From an uncultured Gammaproteobacteria bacterium (GTDB taxonomy: Bacteria; Patescibacteriota; Microgenomatia; UBA10105; UBA927), in contig CAZEVT010000004.1 of NCBI GenBank assembly GCA_964515005.1, positions 4,302 to 68,301 of the forward strand: 64,000 nucleotides of DNA, given 5' to 3'. Of this stretch, positions 45,763 through 55,988 are shown in pieces. The notes under the pieces are model-generated. The model saw only the letters and a list, made by a program, of their open reading frames with translations, was not told the origin of the DNA and did not search any database. How positions within the stretch are numbered: position 1 is the first letter of the stretch; each line of letters opens with the position of its first letter. Position numbers and translations under genes: made by a program.

Positions 45763-46875
45763 ATGAAGGTAGTTATCGTCCTTCCGACCTACAACGAACG
45801 AGAAAATATTATTCCGCTTCTTGGTGAGTTGAGACAAGTCTTCCGTGGGGTAAAGAACCATACTATTTCATATTTGGTCGTTGACGACACATCACCCGAC
45901 GGTACCGCCGCGGCGGTTGACGAATACAGAAAAAAACATTCGGATGTGTCCATCATTGTGGGGAAGAAAGAAGGGTTGGGAAAAGCCCTACTCCGCGGCA
46001 TGACGCACGCGGTGGGTGAGATGGGGGCCGATGTCATATTACAGATGGACGCGGATCTGTCGCACGACCCAAAAGTAGCCCCGGAGTTTTTGAAAGCGAT
46101 AGACAACGGTGCCAATTTCGTCGTCGGCAGCCGCTATATTCCCGGCGGATCAATTCCGGACAATTGGGGCATTCACCGGAAGATTTTCAGCCGTGTGGGA
46201 AACGCCATAGTCCGGTTCGGGCTGGGGCACCCGGAGGTCCATGATTGGACAGGGGGATACCGGGCATACAGCAAAACATTTTATCAAGACCTCCACGCGC
46301 AGGTAAAAGGATACAGCGGGTATGTGTTTCAGATAGCATTCCTGCACAAAGCAATATTGCAAGGCGCCAATATAACCGAGGTGCCCATACATTTTACGGA
46401 CCGGCGCTTCGGACACTCAAAAATAGCCCCGGCAGAATATATAAAAAACGTCCTGAAGTATGTTGCGATTGTCCGCATGCGCGGCTCGTTCGGAAAGTTT
46501 TTGGTCGTCGGTGGATTCGGATTTATCATAAACGCGGTACTTCTGGTTGTGCTTCATGAGATTGCCCGAATGCCTGCAGTTGCCGCAAACCTCGTGGGCT
46601 CGGCGGTAGCCATATTTTCCAACTATAACTTCAATAATATGTGGACCTTCAAACACCGGAAAATTTTTGGCGTACGGAAATATGTGAAACAGCTGGTTTA
46701 TTTTTACGGAACGAGTGTGTTTGGCGTCGTCGTTATTCAAACCGGAACGATTTGGCTGGGTGTGCACCTTGTGGACCCCAGATATTACTTCTTATATTTT
46801 CTTATCGGTACCGGATTTCTCATGTTGTGGAATTTCACCATGTATTCAAAAGTTATTTGGAAAAAAATTAAATGA
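45763..46875 (+). CDS. polyprenol-phosphate glycosyltransferase (DPM1-like GT2) fused to GtrA-like domain
   Basis: LPTYNERENI, VDDTSPDGT, QMDADLSH, GSRY; C-terminal 4-TM GtrA-like KFLVVGG..N..WTF. Confidence 0.92.
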   Translation: MKVVIVLPTYNERENIIPLLGELRQVFRGVKNHTISYLVVDDTSPDGTAAAVDEYRKKHSDVSIIVGKKEGLGKALLRGMTHAVGEMGADVILQMDADLSHDPKVAPEFLKAIDNGANFVVGSRYIPGGSIPDNWGIHRKIFSRVGNAIVRFGLGHPEVHDWTGGYRAYSKTFYQDLHAQVKGYSGYVFQIAFLHKAILQGANITEVPIHFTDRRFGHSKIAPAEYIKNVLKYVAIVRMRGSFGKFLVVGGFGFIINAVLLVVLHEIARMPAVAANLVGSAVAIFSNYNFNNMWTFKHRKIFGVRKYVKQLVYFYGTSVFGVVVIQTGTIWLGVHLVDPRYYFLYFLIGTGFLMLWNFTMYSKVIWKKIK

Positions 46876-48329
46876 AACGTTGGTGGATGGTTCCTTTGGT
46901 TGTCATTCTCCTTATCGCCGCGTACCTGCGGCTTCATGATATCGCAGGCTACATGACCTTCCTGGGAGACGAGGGGAGGGACGTCCTCATCGTCAAACGG
47001 ATGCTCGTTGATCATACGTTTACGCTTCTTGGCCCGACGGCCTCGGTTGGCGGATTTTTCTTAGGCCCCATCTATTACTACTTCATGCTTCCGTTTTTGT
47101 GGGCCTGGCAGCTCAACCCGGTGGGACCGGCGGTTATGGTCGCCCTCTTTGGCATCGCAACGGTTTTTTTGGTTTTTAAAGTCGGCAAGGAATTCTTTCA
47201 CCCGTGGGTAGGGCTTATTGCCGCGAGTTTATATGCGTTATCGCCGCTGGTTATTGCTTATTCCCGTTCATCCTGGAATCCGAATCTCGTGCCTTTCTTT
47301 TCTCTTCTTTTCATATATCTTTTATGGAAAAAGTCTCTCCTTTTTGCAGGTTTGGCTCTGGGTATTGGACTTCAGCTTCACTATTTATTTCTTTTCCTTT
47401 TCGTCGTTACCGGAGTTTGGCTTTTGATAGAGCGGAAAAGCCCGATACCGGTATTGGTAGGATTTGTCATCGGCTACAGCCCATTTCTCTTGTTTGAACT
47501 GCGTCACTCCTTCCCCAACACACAATCGATCATCCGCTTTGTACTTGCAGGTCAGGATACCGGATTTAGGCCAGGATTTTTCACTATTGTTGACGAGGTG
47601 CTTTTCCGGTCATTTGGCCGCCTCCTGTTTCGCTTGCCGGACGGCTCCCTTTGGGACAAACTGCCTAGCTGGCAGCTCTATAGCTGGTTTATTGTCACAC
47701 GGGTGACGATATTTTTGGGTGTGGCATATCTTGCGATGAAACGCGCAAACCGGTCAGCTACATTATTACTGCTCTGGCTAGCTACGGTCGTTATTCTATT
47801 CGGTTTTTATCAAAAGGGGATTTATGATTATTATTTCGGCATCCTGTTTCCATTGCCGTTTTTACTTGTTGGACTGCTTCTCTACTCCTTATGGAAAACA
47901 CGCGTTGGGAAAGTGGCCGCTGTCGTTTTGTGGGTGGCCCTTCTATGGTTTAACTGGCAGGGGAGACCATTTTTACACGAGCCGAATAATCAACTCGCGC
48001 AGGCCCGTCGTATCGCGGAAACGGCGCTGGCACACACCGGCGGCAAGCCGTTTAATTTCGCCCTTATCACCGGCGCCAACTCTGACCATGTCTACCGCTA
48101 CTTTTTTGAGATTGCAGGACAGGCTCCGGTAACGATTGAAAACAATCAGATAGACCCGGAGAGAAAAACGGTGACGGATCAGCTTATTGTTATATGCGAA
48201 CTGAACGATTGTAAACCGCTGGGGCACCCATTGTGGGAAATCGCAGGATTCGGCCGCGCGGAAATTGTGGGAACCTGGGATGTGCCGTTTGTGAAAATAT
48301 TCCGGCTCGTGCACTATACTGGAACATGA
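46872..48329 (+). CDS. GT-C glycosyltransferase (PMT/ArnT-like)
   Basis: LRL..FLGDEGRD, GPIYYY, SRSSWNPN; many TMs. Confidence 0.88.
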   Translation: MKRWWMVPLVVILLIAAYLRLHDIAGYMTFLGDEGRDVLIVKRMLVDHTFTLLGPTASVGGFFLGPIYYYFMLPFLWAWQLNPVGPAVMVALFGIATVFLVFKVGKEFFHPWVGLIAASLYALSPLVIAYSRSSWNPNLVPFFSLLFIYLLWKKSLLFAGLALGIGLQLHYLFLFLFVVTGVWLLIERKSPIPVLVGFVIGYSPFLLFELRHSFPNTQSIIRFVLAGQDTGFRPGFFTIVDEVLFRSFGRLLFRLPDGSLWDKLPSWQLYSWFIVTRVTIFLGVAYLAMKRANRSATLLLLWLATVVILFGFYQKGIYDYYFGILFPLPFLLVGLLLYSLWKTRVGKVAAVVLWVALLWFNWQGRPFLHEPNNQLAQARRIAETALAHTGGKPFNFALITGANSDHVYRYFFEIAGQAPVTIENNQIDPERKTVTDQLIVICELNDCKPLGHPLWEIAGFGRAEIVGTWDVPFVKIFRLVHYTGT

Positions 48330-49081
48330 TGAAACCGTTGAAACTATCAATTGTCATACCTGCATATAATGAGGAAACGAATATCCGTTTAGGCGCGCTT
48401 GATAAGGTTTCCAGGTACCTCGATCAGCAAACATTCTCTTGGGAGGCCCTTATTGTTGACGACGGATCGGGTGACGGCACTCCTGAGTTACTTGACGCCT
48501 TTGCCAAGGCCAACAAAAGATTTTCCGTTATCCACAATCCACACCAGGGCAAAGCGGCAACGGTGATCACCGGTGTGATGGCAGCCGCGGGAGACATCGT
48601 CCTGTTTACCGATCTTGATCAGGCGACGCCGATTACCGAGCTTGCCCAGATACTTCCTTGGTTTGACCGGGGGTTTGACGTGGTCATCGGGTCACGGAGT
48701 GCTCGCAGGCAAGGAGCACCGTTCACCCGCCGTATTATGGCGCGCGGGTTTATGATGATCCGGGGACTCATCCTGGGTCTTCGGGGAATCGTCGATACGC
48801 AGTGCGGCTTTAAAGCATTTAGGAAAGGCGTTGCCCGTGACATTTTTCAAAGGCTGAAGCTCTACGGTGCGCGACATGCAGCGAGCGGGTCTATGGTGAC
48901 GGCGGGATTTGATATCGAAGTACTCTTTTTGGCTAAAAAATTGGGGTATAAAATCCGCGAAGTCCCGGTTGAATGGCATTACGTTGAGACACGCCGGGTC
49001 AACCCGATCGTCGATTCAATACAGGGATTTTCTGACATCCTGAAGATCCGCGTCAACGCATGGCAAGGACTGTATGGATAA
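48326..49081 (+). CDS. dolichyl-phosphate beta-glucosyltransferase-like GT2
   Basis: IPAYNEE, VDDGSGDGT, FTDLD, DTQCGFK, FDIEVL. Confidence 0.92.
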   Translation: MMKPLKLSIVIPAYNEETNIRLGALDKVSRYLDQQTFSWEALIVDDGSGDGTPELLDAFAKANKRFSVIHNPHQGKAATVITGVMAAAGDIVLFTDLDQATPITELAQILPWFDRGFDVVIGSRSARRQGAPFTRRIMARGFMMIRGLILGLRGIVDTQCGFKAFRKGVARDIFQRLKLYGARHAASGSMVTAGFDIEVLFLAKKLGYKIREVPVEWHYVETRRVNPIVDSIQGFSDILKIRVNAWQGLYG

Positions 49082-50213
49082 AAAATTACTCATCGGATAC
49101 CTGTTTGCCGCGCTTGCACTTTTCTTGTTTTCCTACACGCAGGTAGATTTAAGTCTTACACTCTCGCGCTTCAGCGTCTTTCAAACGGTTCAAAAAAGTT
49201 TTCAATATATTGGATATTACCAACGGCCGATCGCGACGGTGATGTTTGTAGGCCTCGTTTGCATTTTTTTCGCGCTTTACGCTCTTGCGCTCTTTCACAT
49301 CCGCCGCGGGACCATGAATCTCCGAAGCTTTTGGCGCATCGTCATTCCTATTACTGTGCTTCTTGTTTTTTCTTATCCGGCATTTTCTTATGACCTTTTC
49401 AACTACATGTTTGATGCCAAAACCATACTGGTCTATCACAAAAATCCGTATCTGGTTAGTCCCTTGCAGTTTACCGGGATTGAGCCGTGGCTTTCATTTA
49501 TGCACTGGACGCACGTGCCGAGCGCCTACATGCCCTTTTGGATTGTTCTTTCAATTCCCGCGTATCTTCTGGGGTTTGGATATTTCTTGACGATTATGTG
49601 GAGCTTCAAGGCGCTTATGGCGGCGGCCTACCTTGCGGCGATTTGGGGCATCGGAAAGATCCTCTCACGGCTGGACCCCAAGCAGGCGCTTTTGGGAATG
49701 GCAGCCTTTGCCCTCAACCCCTTAGTGATCTTTGAAAGTCTCGTAAGCGGGCACAATGATGTGGTCATGATGGCATTTGCGGTGGTTTCGTTTTACTTAT
49801 ACTTGTCTAAGAGACGCCTCGCATCGTTTATACTTCTTTCTTTCTCCGCGGCGACAAAAGTCATGACAGGCGCGCTTCTGCCTCTTTTTGTCATCGGTTG
49901 GCAGAGGAAGTGGTCGGTCGTTGCCATGGCTGCCGGATTTATATTTTTTATCCTCGTCACCAAACGCGAAATTTTACCCTGGTACCTCATGTGGTTTATT
50001 CCGTGGTACGCGCTTCTTCCGCGCATGAGCTGGCTTCGAACTCTCGGCACCGGGGCCTCGCTCGGGTTTCTCCTCTCCTACGCGCCCTTTCTCTATTTCG
50101 GCAACTACAATCCTCCCGTGCCAATGTTCAAGCTCTGGATTACGATGACGCCGGTTGCGCTTGTACTCGTTATCTCTTTAGTGAAGAGTGCAATAAAATT
50201 GCGCCAAGAATAA
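49074..50213 (+). CDS. GT-C alpha-mannosyltransferase-like protein (GT87/MptB-like)
   Basis: SYDLFNY, NPY..P, ALNPL..E...GHNDV, PWY. Confidence 0.82.
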   Translation: MDKKLLIGYLFAALALFLFSYTQVDLSLTLSRFSVFQTVQKSFQYIGYYQRPIATVMFVGLVCIFFALYALALFHIRRGTMNLRSFWRIVIPITVLLVFSYPAFSYDLFNYMFDAKTILVYHKNPYLVSPLQFTGIEPWLSFMHWTHVPSAYMPFWIVLSIPAYLLGFGYFLTIMWSFKALMAAAYLAAIWGIGKILSRLDPKQALLGMAAFALNPLVIFESLVSGHNDVVMMAFAVVSFYLYLSKRRLASFILLSFSAATKVMTGALLPLFVIGWQRKWSVVAMAAGFIFFILVTKREILPWYLMWFIPWYALLPRMSWLRTLGTGASLGFLLSYAPFLYFGNYNPPVPMFKLWITMTPVALVLVISLVKSAIKLRQE

Positions 50214-50250
50214 AAACTGCCCAAGAGATGATAAACAACGGAATATTCAT
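50170..50250 (-). CDS. putative 26-aa hydrophobic peptide
   Basis: MNIPLFIISWAVFILGAILLHSSLKR*; overlaps the 3' end of the plus-strand gene. Confidence 0.35.
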   Translation of the reverse strand: MNIPLFIISWAVFILGAILLHSSLKR

Positions 50251-50259
50251 AGTATTATA

Positions 50260-50355
50260 TTATCTTTTTTTGGTTAATAAGTAAATAAAAATGAAAAGTA
50301 ACCCAGTAAGAAATGTCGCAAAGGAAAAAATATTGAGCAGTTGATCTGAATTCAT
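50260..50355 (-). CDS. putative 31-aa single-TM peptide
   Basis: MNSDQLLNIFSFATFLTGLLFIFIYLLTKKR*; ATGA overlap with the upstream ORF. Confidence 0.55.
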   Translation of the reverse strand: MNSDQLLNIFSFATFLTGLLFIFIYLLTKKR

Positions 50356-50555
50356 AGCCTTTTGTTTTTGATTACGGATAGAGAGAAAGTCAAAGATACG
50401 AGAGCCAGAACGAGGCCCCATACTCCCGGAATATAGATTTCTGAAACTTTTTTCAAGGCCAGGATTGGTGCAATAATTCCTCCGGCAAACCATGCGACTC
50501 CCAAGTTGGCTAAAAACTCGGATAGAATTTTTCTCTGATCGAGATTCAATCTCAC
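50352..50555 (-). CDS. small 2-TM hypothetical protein (67 aa)
   Basis: GTG start, MRLNLDQRKILSEFLANLGVAWFAGGIIAP...; TAGACT 7 nt upstream. Confidence 0.65.
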   Translation of the reverse strand: MRLNLDQRKILSEFLANLGVAWFAGGIIAPILALKKVSEIYIPGVWGLVLALVSLTFSLSVIKNKRL

Positions 50556-50634
50556 TACTATTAGTCTAGCAAGACTCCTTCGTTTTATCAACCAAGAATT
50601 TGCCCCCCAAACCGCGCTCGAGTATAATTTAAGC

Positions 50635-52140
50635 ATGGCCATTTTTAAGCGGGGGTGGGTCAAGTTACTCCTTCTTATAGGGGGTTTGACAGCGCTTTAC
50701 CTAGTCACGAGGCTGACTAACCTCACCGATCTGCCTATATTTACCGATGAGGCTATCTATATCCGCTGGGCTCAGATAGGGAGCCGGGACGCTAATTGGC
50801 GCTATATATCGCTTGTTGACGGCAAACAGCCACTATTCACTTGGATTATGATGGTATTCTTGCGCTTTATCCACGATCCGCTTCTTGCCGGTAGACTGGT
50901 TTCCGTTGTTGCCGGAGGAGTCACCACGGCCGGCATGTGGGTAACGGCGTATGAGCTATTTAAAAGCAGGAAGGTGGCAATAGCCGCGAGCCTCGTCTAT
51001 ATTCTTATTCCATTCGGCCTCATGTATGACCGCATGGCCCTGTATGACTCGCTTTCGGCCGCCCTCTCCATATGGAGCCTTTACCTTTCCATACTGCTTG
51101 TTCGCCGCGTGAGGCTGGATGCGGCTCTTCTTTTGGGCATGTCTTTGGGGCTCGGGATGCTCAATAAAACTTCCGGTTTTTTGAGTCTGTATATGCTTCC
51201 TGGTACGCTCCTTCTTTTTGACTGGACGAAGCGGGACCGGCTCAAAAGGGTAGTAAAGTGGGTGGGACTTGCCTTCATTGCCGCGATTCTCTCGCTTCTT
51301 ATGTATAGTGTTCTTCGCCTGTCTCCTCTTTTTGCCATGATCGGACAAAAAGATACCGTATTTGTGTATTCGATCAAAGAATGGTTTACCCACCCCTTTA
51401 ATTTTGTATTTGGTAATTTGCGCGGGCTTTTTGACTGGGATATTCACTACCTTACCTGGCCGGTATTTGTTGTAGCTATTCTTTCAGGACTATCTTTGTG
51501 GAAATGGCCACGGGAGAAGCTTCTTCTTTTGGGCTGGTGGTTTGCGCCGTTTTTTGCCCTCGCCACGGTCGGCCGCGTGCTGTACCCTCGCTTTATACTG
51601 TTTATGAGCCTGCCCCTCATGATCCTTGCGGGTGTCGGGGTCGTCTGGGTTTGGGAGAGGCTGCGTGCTTCTATTTGGCGCTGGGTTCTTATCGGGACGC
51701 TTTTTGTGGGAAGCATATATACCGACTTTTATATTATCACCAACCCTTTGTATGCGCCTATTCCGTATGCTGATGCGGGGCAGTATATTGACGACTGGCC
51801 GTCAGGGTGGGGAATTCCGGAGGTCAACGCATTTTTGGCAGAAGAGTCAAAAAAAGGGAAAATAAGTATATTTACGGACGGAACATTCGGACTCCTGCCG
51901 TACGCGATAGAAATATATCACGTAGATAATCCGAATATAAAAATTAAAGGCCTCTATCCGATTGCGGAACTGACGCCGGATGAGATGATTGCCGACGCAA
52001 AAGACCACCCGACCTATGTTCTTTTTAATCAGCAGCAGTACACGCCGCCTTGGCCTTTGCGGCTTATTGCGGAATATCAAAAAGGGAAACGAACGGACAT
52101 GCATATGCGCCTTTTTGAGGTACTACCGCCTTCGCTATGA
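50635..52140 (+). CDS. GT-C glycosyltransferase (PMT/ArnT-like)
   Basis: RL..LPIFTDEAIY, DGKQPLF, DRMALYD; TATAAT 6 nt upstream. Confidence 0.88.
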   Translation: MAIFKRGWVKLLLLIGGLTALYLVTRLTNLTDLPIFTDEAIYIRWAQIGSRDANWRYISLVDGKQPLFTWIMMVFLRFIHDPLLAGRLVSVVAGGVTTAGMWVTAYELFKSRKVAIAASLVYILIPFGLMYDRMALYDSLSAALSIWSLYLSILLVRRVRLDAALLLGMSLGLGMLNKTSGFLSLYMLPGTLLLFDWTKRDRLKRVVKWVGLAFIAAILSLLMYSVLRLSPLFAMIGQKDTVFVYSIKEWFTHPFNFVFGNLRGLFDWDIHYLTWPVFVVAILSGLSLWKWPREKLLLLGWWFAPFFALATVGRVLYPRFILFMSLPLMILAGVGVVWVWERLRASIWRWVLIGTLFVGSIYTDFYIITNPLYAPIPYADAGQYIDDWPSGWGIPEVNAFLAEESKKGKISIFTDGTFGLLPYAIEIYHVDNPNIKIKGLYPIAELTPDEMIADAKDHPTYVLFNQQQYTPPWPLRLIAEYQKGKRTDMHMRLFEVLPPSL

Positions 52141-53669
52141 AACGGAAAGAGCGCCTCACCGTATGGATATTTCTCGTCCTCCTTGCCGTAGGCATTGTTT
52201 GTTTGCCGCTTTTTCGCCCGGGATTTTTCGTATCGGATGACGGTGGATGGATGATTATCCGCTTAAGCGCGTTTTATCAAAGTTTTCGTGAGGGGCAGTT
52301 TCCCGTTCGGTTTTTGGGAAGACTGAACAATAGCTATGGATATCCGGTCGCAAACTTCCTCTATCCGGGATTTATGTATATCGGGTCCTTCATACATGCT
52401 CTGGGATTTTCATTCGTGGATACGATAAAAATTATTCTCGGCGGATCGATACTCACCGGTTCGCTCTTCACGTTCCTTTGGCTCAAAAAATACTTTTCCC
52501 CCATGGCAAGTTTCATCGGGGCCATCGGATTTACCACAGCGCCGTACGTGCTTTTCGATCTGTACCACCGCGGATCCGTGGGTGAGGTTCTCGCACTCGC
52601 CTGGGCAGCCATGGGTCTTTACAGTATCGCGGCAAAAAAGCCCTGGCTCTTCGGGCTTGCCGTACCACTTCTTATTCTTTCCCATAACACGCTTGCGCTT
52701 TTATTCTTGGCATTTTTTGCCGCGTACATTACCTTTTTACGTCTGTGGCGGGAGTTTTGGTTTATGTTTGCAGTAGGGGTGGGCATGAGTGCATTTTTCT
52801 GGCTTCCCGCCATCTACGAACGCAAGTATGTGGTATTTGACCGCACCCTGGTGGCAACTGCCAATGAATTCTTCGTTACCATCTCCAATATGGGGCTCGT
52901 GGGTTTATCCGGGCTCATTGGTGCCACGGTTTCCCTCACTATTTTCAAGCCGCTTCGGCGAGAAAAAGTATTTTTCTTTACTTTCCTTCTCGCTTCGCTT
53001 TTTATGGCTCTGCCAGTAAGCCAGGTGGTGTGGAAGCTGCCGATATTTACGTCAATTATCCAGTTCCCGTACCGTTTTTTGTCACTTGCCGTATTTGCCT
53101 CCGTATGGCTGATGGCGTATGCGCTTTCATTTGCCAAAAGAAATGTGCCTCCTTTTCTTTTTTGCTTTTTTGTGGGGGCCGCAATTTTCAATACCTATGG
53201 GGCGCTGCGCCGGGTAGTTCCGACGCATGAGCCTGAAGGGTACTATACGACCAATGAGGGCACGACCAATGTGGCAGACGAATATATGCCCAAATGGGTC
53301 AGCCGGAAGCCGGCAGGTCGCGCAAGCGAGCGCCTACTTTTTTACGACGGGGGTGGAACAATTGTTGAAAATCGAGTGACCACACAAACCATAGACGTAA
53401 CCATCAGAGCCGCCCAGGACAGCGTCGTACAGGTAAACACCGTGTACTACCCGGGATGGGGTGCAACAGTTGATGGGACAAAGGCGCGCCTGGACTATAC
53501 CAATATGGAAGGGCTCATGCGGATTCCGGTTCCGGCCGGAGAGCATCATCTGATCATTGCGTTTCGGGAGACAATTTCCCGGTTCCTTGCGGACATGGTC
53601 TCGCTGGGGAGCATTGCGGCCTATATTTTCATACGTGTTCTGAATTTGAAAAAGTCTCGGAAAAAATGA
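52137..53669 (+). CDS. PTPS-related / YfhO-like GT-C membrane protein
   Basis: GQFPVRF..LNNSYGYP..NF, RGSVGE, FFWLPA, QFPYRFL, YYPGW. Confidence 0.85.
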   Translation: MKRKERLTVWIFLVLLAVGIVCLPLFRPGFFVSDDGGWMIIRLSAFYQSFREGQFPVRFLGRLNNSYGYPVANFLYPGFMYIGSFIHALGFSFVDTIKIILGGSILTGSLFTFLWLKKYFSPMASFIGAIGFTTAPYVLFDLYHRGSVGEVLALAWAAMGLYSIAAKKPWLFGLAVPLLILSHNTLALLFLAFFAAYITFLRLWREFWFMFAVGVGMSAFFWLPAIYERKYVVFDRTLVATANEFFVTISNMGLVGLSGLIGATVSLTIFKPLRREKVFFFTFLLASLFMALPVSQVVWKLPIFTSIIQFPYRFLSLAVFASVWLMAYALSFAKRNVPPFLFCFFVGAAIFNTYGALRRVVPTHEPEGYYTTNEGTTNVADEYMPKWVSRKPAGRASERLLFYDGGGTIVENRVTTQTIDVTIRAAQDSVVQVNTVYYPGWGATVDGTKARLDYTNMEGLMRIPVPAGEHHLIIAFRETISRFLADMVSLGSIAAYIFIRVLNLKKSRKK

Positions 53670-55273
53670 AAAAAATTATCGGATGTATTATCGTCATTAT
53701 TCTTTCCTACTGGACCGTGCGTCCGCTTCTTGGCGGCGGATACTTTCCGATGCACGATGATACGCAGGTTGCCCGGGTTGTTGAGATGGGGCGGGCACTC
53801 CGCGAAGGACAAGTCCCGGTCCGCTGGGTATCCAATCTGGGGTACGGGTACGGGTATCCTATTTTTAACTTTTACGGCCCGCTGCCGTATTATGTCGGGG
53901 GATTTTTCTATGCGCTTGGGTTTGCGGGGCTTACCGCCACAAAAATCATGATGGGTATCGGGCTGGTGGGAGGCGCGGTGACCATGTACCTTGCGGCCGC
54001 GGAAATCCTTGGCACTTCCGCGGGAATCTTGGCCGCCGCCATCTATATGTATGCGCCGTATCGGGCAGTTGATGTATATGTTCGGGGTGCGGTCGGGGAG
54101 TATTTTGCGCTTATTTTCCTACCGCTCATATTTCTAGGATTTTGGCGTAAAAATATTCTTGTTGGGGCACTAGGTATCGCAGGTCTCATTTTGTCTCATA
54201 CAATCCTCGGATATGCGGGTATGGTTTTTGTAATCCTGGCAGTTCTGGTTATGCGGATGCCAAAAAGGATTTTGTTTCTCGTCCTCTTGGGCCTTGGGTT
54301 GTCCGCATTTTTTTGGTTGCCTGCCATAACCGAAATGAAGTACACCAATGTGGAAAGTCAAATCAGTGCGACCGCCGACTTTCGCGACCATTTCGTGTGT
54401 CTCCCTCAACTCTGGAATTCGTACTGGGGATTCGGAGGATCTGCCAAAGGATGCCTGGACGGGCTATCCTTTAAAGTCGGGAAAGTGCATCTTTTGCTCG
54501 CAGCACTTTCACTTTTAGGAATTCTTTTTGGGTTCCTCAGGTCGAAGCAAGCGCGTACGGTCGTGCTCGCGGGGCTTTCTATTTTTCTTCTTTCCGTATT
54601 TTTTATGCTTCCCGCATCGCTTTCTGTCTGGGGGTTTTTACCGCTCTTTTCGTACGTTCAGTACCCCTGGCGGTTTCTGGCGTTTGCCATATTCGGCGTC
54701 TCTCTTATGGGGAGCGGATTTGCGCTTGTCTTCCGGCCGAAAATTTTGCGGTGGCTCGCCGTATCGGCGGGCATAGTAATCCTTTTGGTTGTGGAGGCTA
54801 AGCGGTTTGTGCCGCAGTATACGTATGGGAAAGAACCTGCCGAGTTTGAATCTGTAAAAGACATCAGATTTCGTGCATCTAAAGTTTCCGACGAATATCT
54901 GCCGCCTGCAGTTGTCAGGCCCTCAAAAGAAGAAGATATTCTTTTTGATACAATACCAAGATCCGATAATTATGAGCTCTTGGTGGAACAGGACACGAAT
55001 ACATACAAGAAGTTTAGCGTCCGTTCTGGGATTGATAATACGATCATAGTCAGAAGTGCATATTTTCCGGGGTGGCACTACATGGTGAATGAAAACGTTG
55101 TGTACCCCACCATTGAAAACGGATTACCCCTTATCAGGGTGCCCGCGGGTTTTAGCGTCGTGCAAATGTGGTTTCGGGATACAGGCGTCCGGGTAGTGGG
55201 GAATATATTGAGTCTCATATCACTCGGTGTTTATTTTTATCTTTATGACAAACGGAAAAAAACAAACTCTTAA
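53666..55273 (+). CDS. PTPS-related / YfhO-like GT-C membrane protein
   Basis: HDD, GQVPVRW..LGYGYGYPIFNFY, RGAVGE, QYPWRFL, YFPGW. Confidence 0.87.
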   Translation: MKKIIGCIIVIILSYWTVRPLLGGGYFPMHDDTQVARVVEMGRALREGQVPVRWVSNLGYGYGYPIFNFYGPLPYYVGGFFYALGFAGLTATKIMMGIGLVGGAVTMYLAAAEILGTSAGILAAAIYMYAPYRAVDVYVRGAVGEYFALIFLPLIFLGFWRKNILVGALGIAGLILSHTILGYAGMVFVILAVLVMRMPKRILFLVLLGLGLSAFFWLPAITEMKYTNVESQISATADFRDHFVCLPQLWNSYWGFGGSAKGCLDGLSFKVGKVHLLLAALSLLGILFGFLRSKQARTVVLAGLSIFLLSVFFMLPASLSVWGFLPLFSYVQYPWRFLAFAIFGVSLMGSGFALVFRPKILRWLAVSAGIVILLVVEAKRFVPQYTYGKEPAEFESVKDIRFRASKVSDEYLPPAVVRPSKEEDILFDTIPRSDNYELLVEQDTNTYKKFSVRSGIDNTIIVRSAYFPGWHYMVNENVVYPTIENGLPLIRVPAGFSVVQMWFRDTGVRVVGNILSLISLGVYFYLYDKRKKTNS

Positions 55274-55988
55274 TATCGTCATACCGGTCTACAACGAGGA
55301 AAGAGAACTCGCCTCTAGCGTGCATACGCTTGAGTCTTACCTGCGGGAGCATATGACCGATTTTGCGTGGCATATCACGATTGCCGATAATGCTTCAACC
55401 GACACGACGCTCGCAATTGCCAAGAAGCTTTCCGGCGAGAGTCCCAAGGTTTCCTCTGTGCATTTACCACAGAAAGGCCGCGGCCGGGCCGTCAAAAAGG
55501 TATGGGAAAAAGACGCGTCAGATATCCAGGCGTACATGGATGTAGATCTCTCGACGGATCTTAAGCATTTTCCGCCGCTTATTCGGAGTCTTCTTTCTGG
55601 GTTTGATCTGGCAATCGGTACCAGAAACTCTTCGCGTTCGCGCGTTTCCGGAAGAAGTTTTCTTCGGACGATCACGTCAAAAACATATATTCTCCTTATC
55701 AAGCTGTTTTTCTGGGTCCACTTCACCGATGCGCAGTGCGGGTTTAAGGCAGTTACCCGGCGCGTCGTTGACGAAGTCATCCCAAAGGTGAGGGACAACG
55801 AGTGGTTTTTTGATACGGAACTTCTCATCTTTTCTGAAAAAATGGGGTACCGGATCTATGAAGAACCCGTAACCTGGATCGATAACCCGGGCTCCACGGT
55901 ACGCGTATTGAAGACTGCCCAAGGGGACCTCGCGGGACTGAAAAGATTATTTATGACGAAACCCTGGGAGGATCATGGAAGAGATTGA
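55245..55988 (+). CDS. dolichyl-phosphate beta-glucosyltransferase-like GT2
   Basis: IPVYNEE, ADNASTD, YMDVDLS, DAQCGFKA, WFFDTELL. Confidence 0.92.
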   Translation: MTNGKKQTLNIVIPVYNEERELASSVHTLESYLREHMTDFAWHITIADNASTDTTLAIAKKLSGESPKVSSVHLPQKGRGRAVKKVWEKDASDIQAYMDVDLSTDLKHFPPLIRSLLSGFDLAIGTRNSSRSRVSGRSFLRTITSKTYILLIKLFFWVHFTDAQCGFKAVTRRVVDEVIPKVRDNEWFFDTELLIFSEKMGYRIYEEPVTWIDNPGSTVRVLKTAQGDLAGLKRLFMTKPWEDHGRD

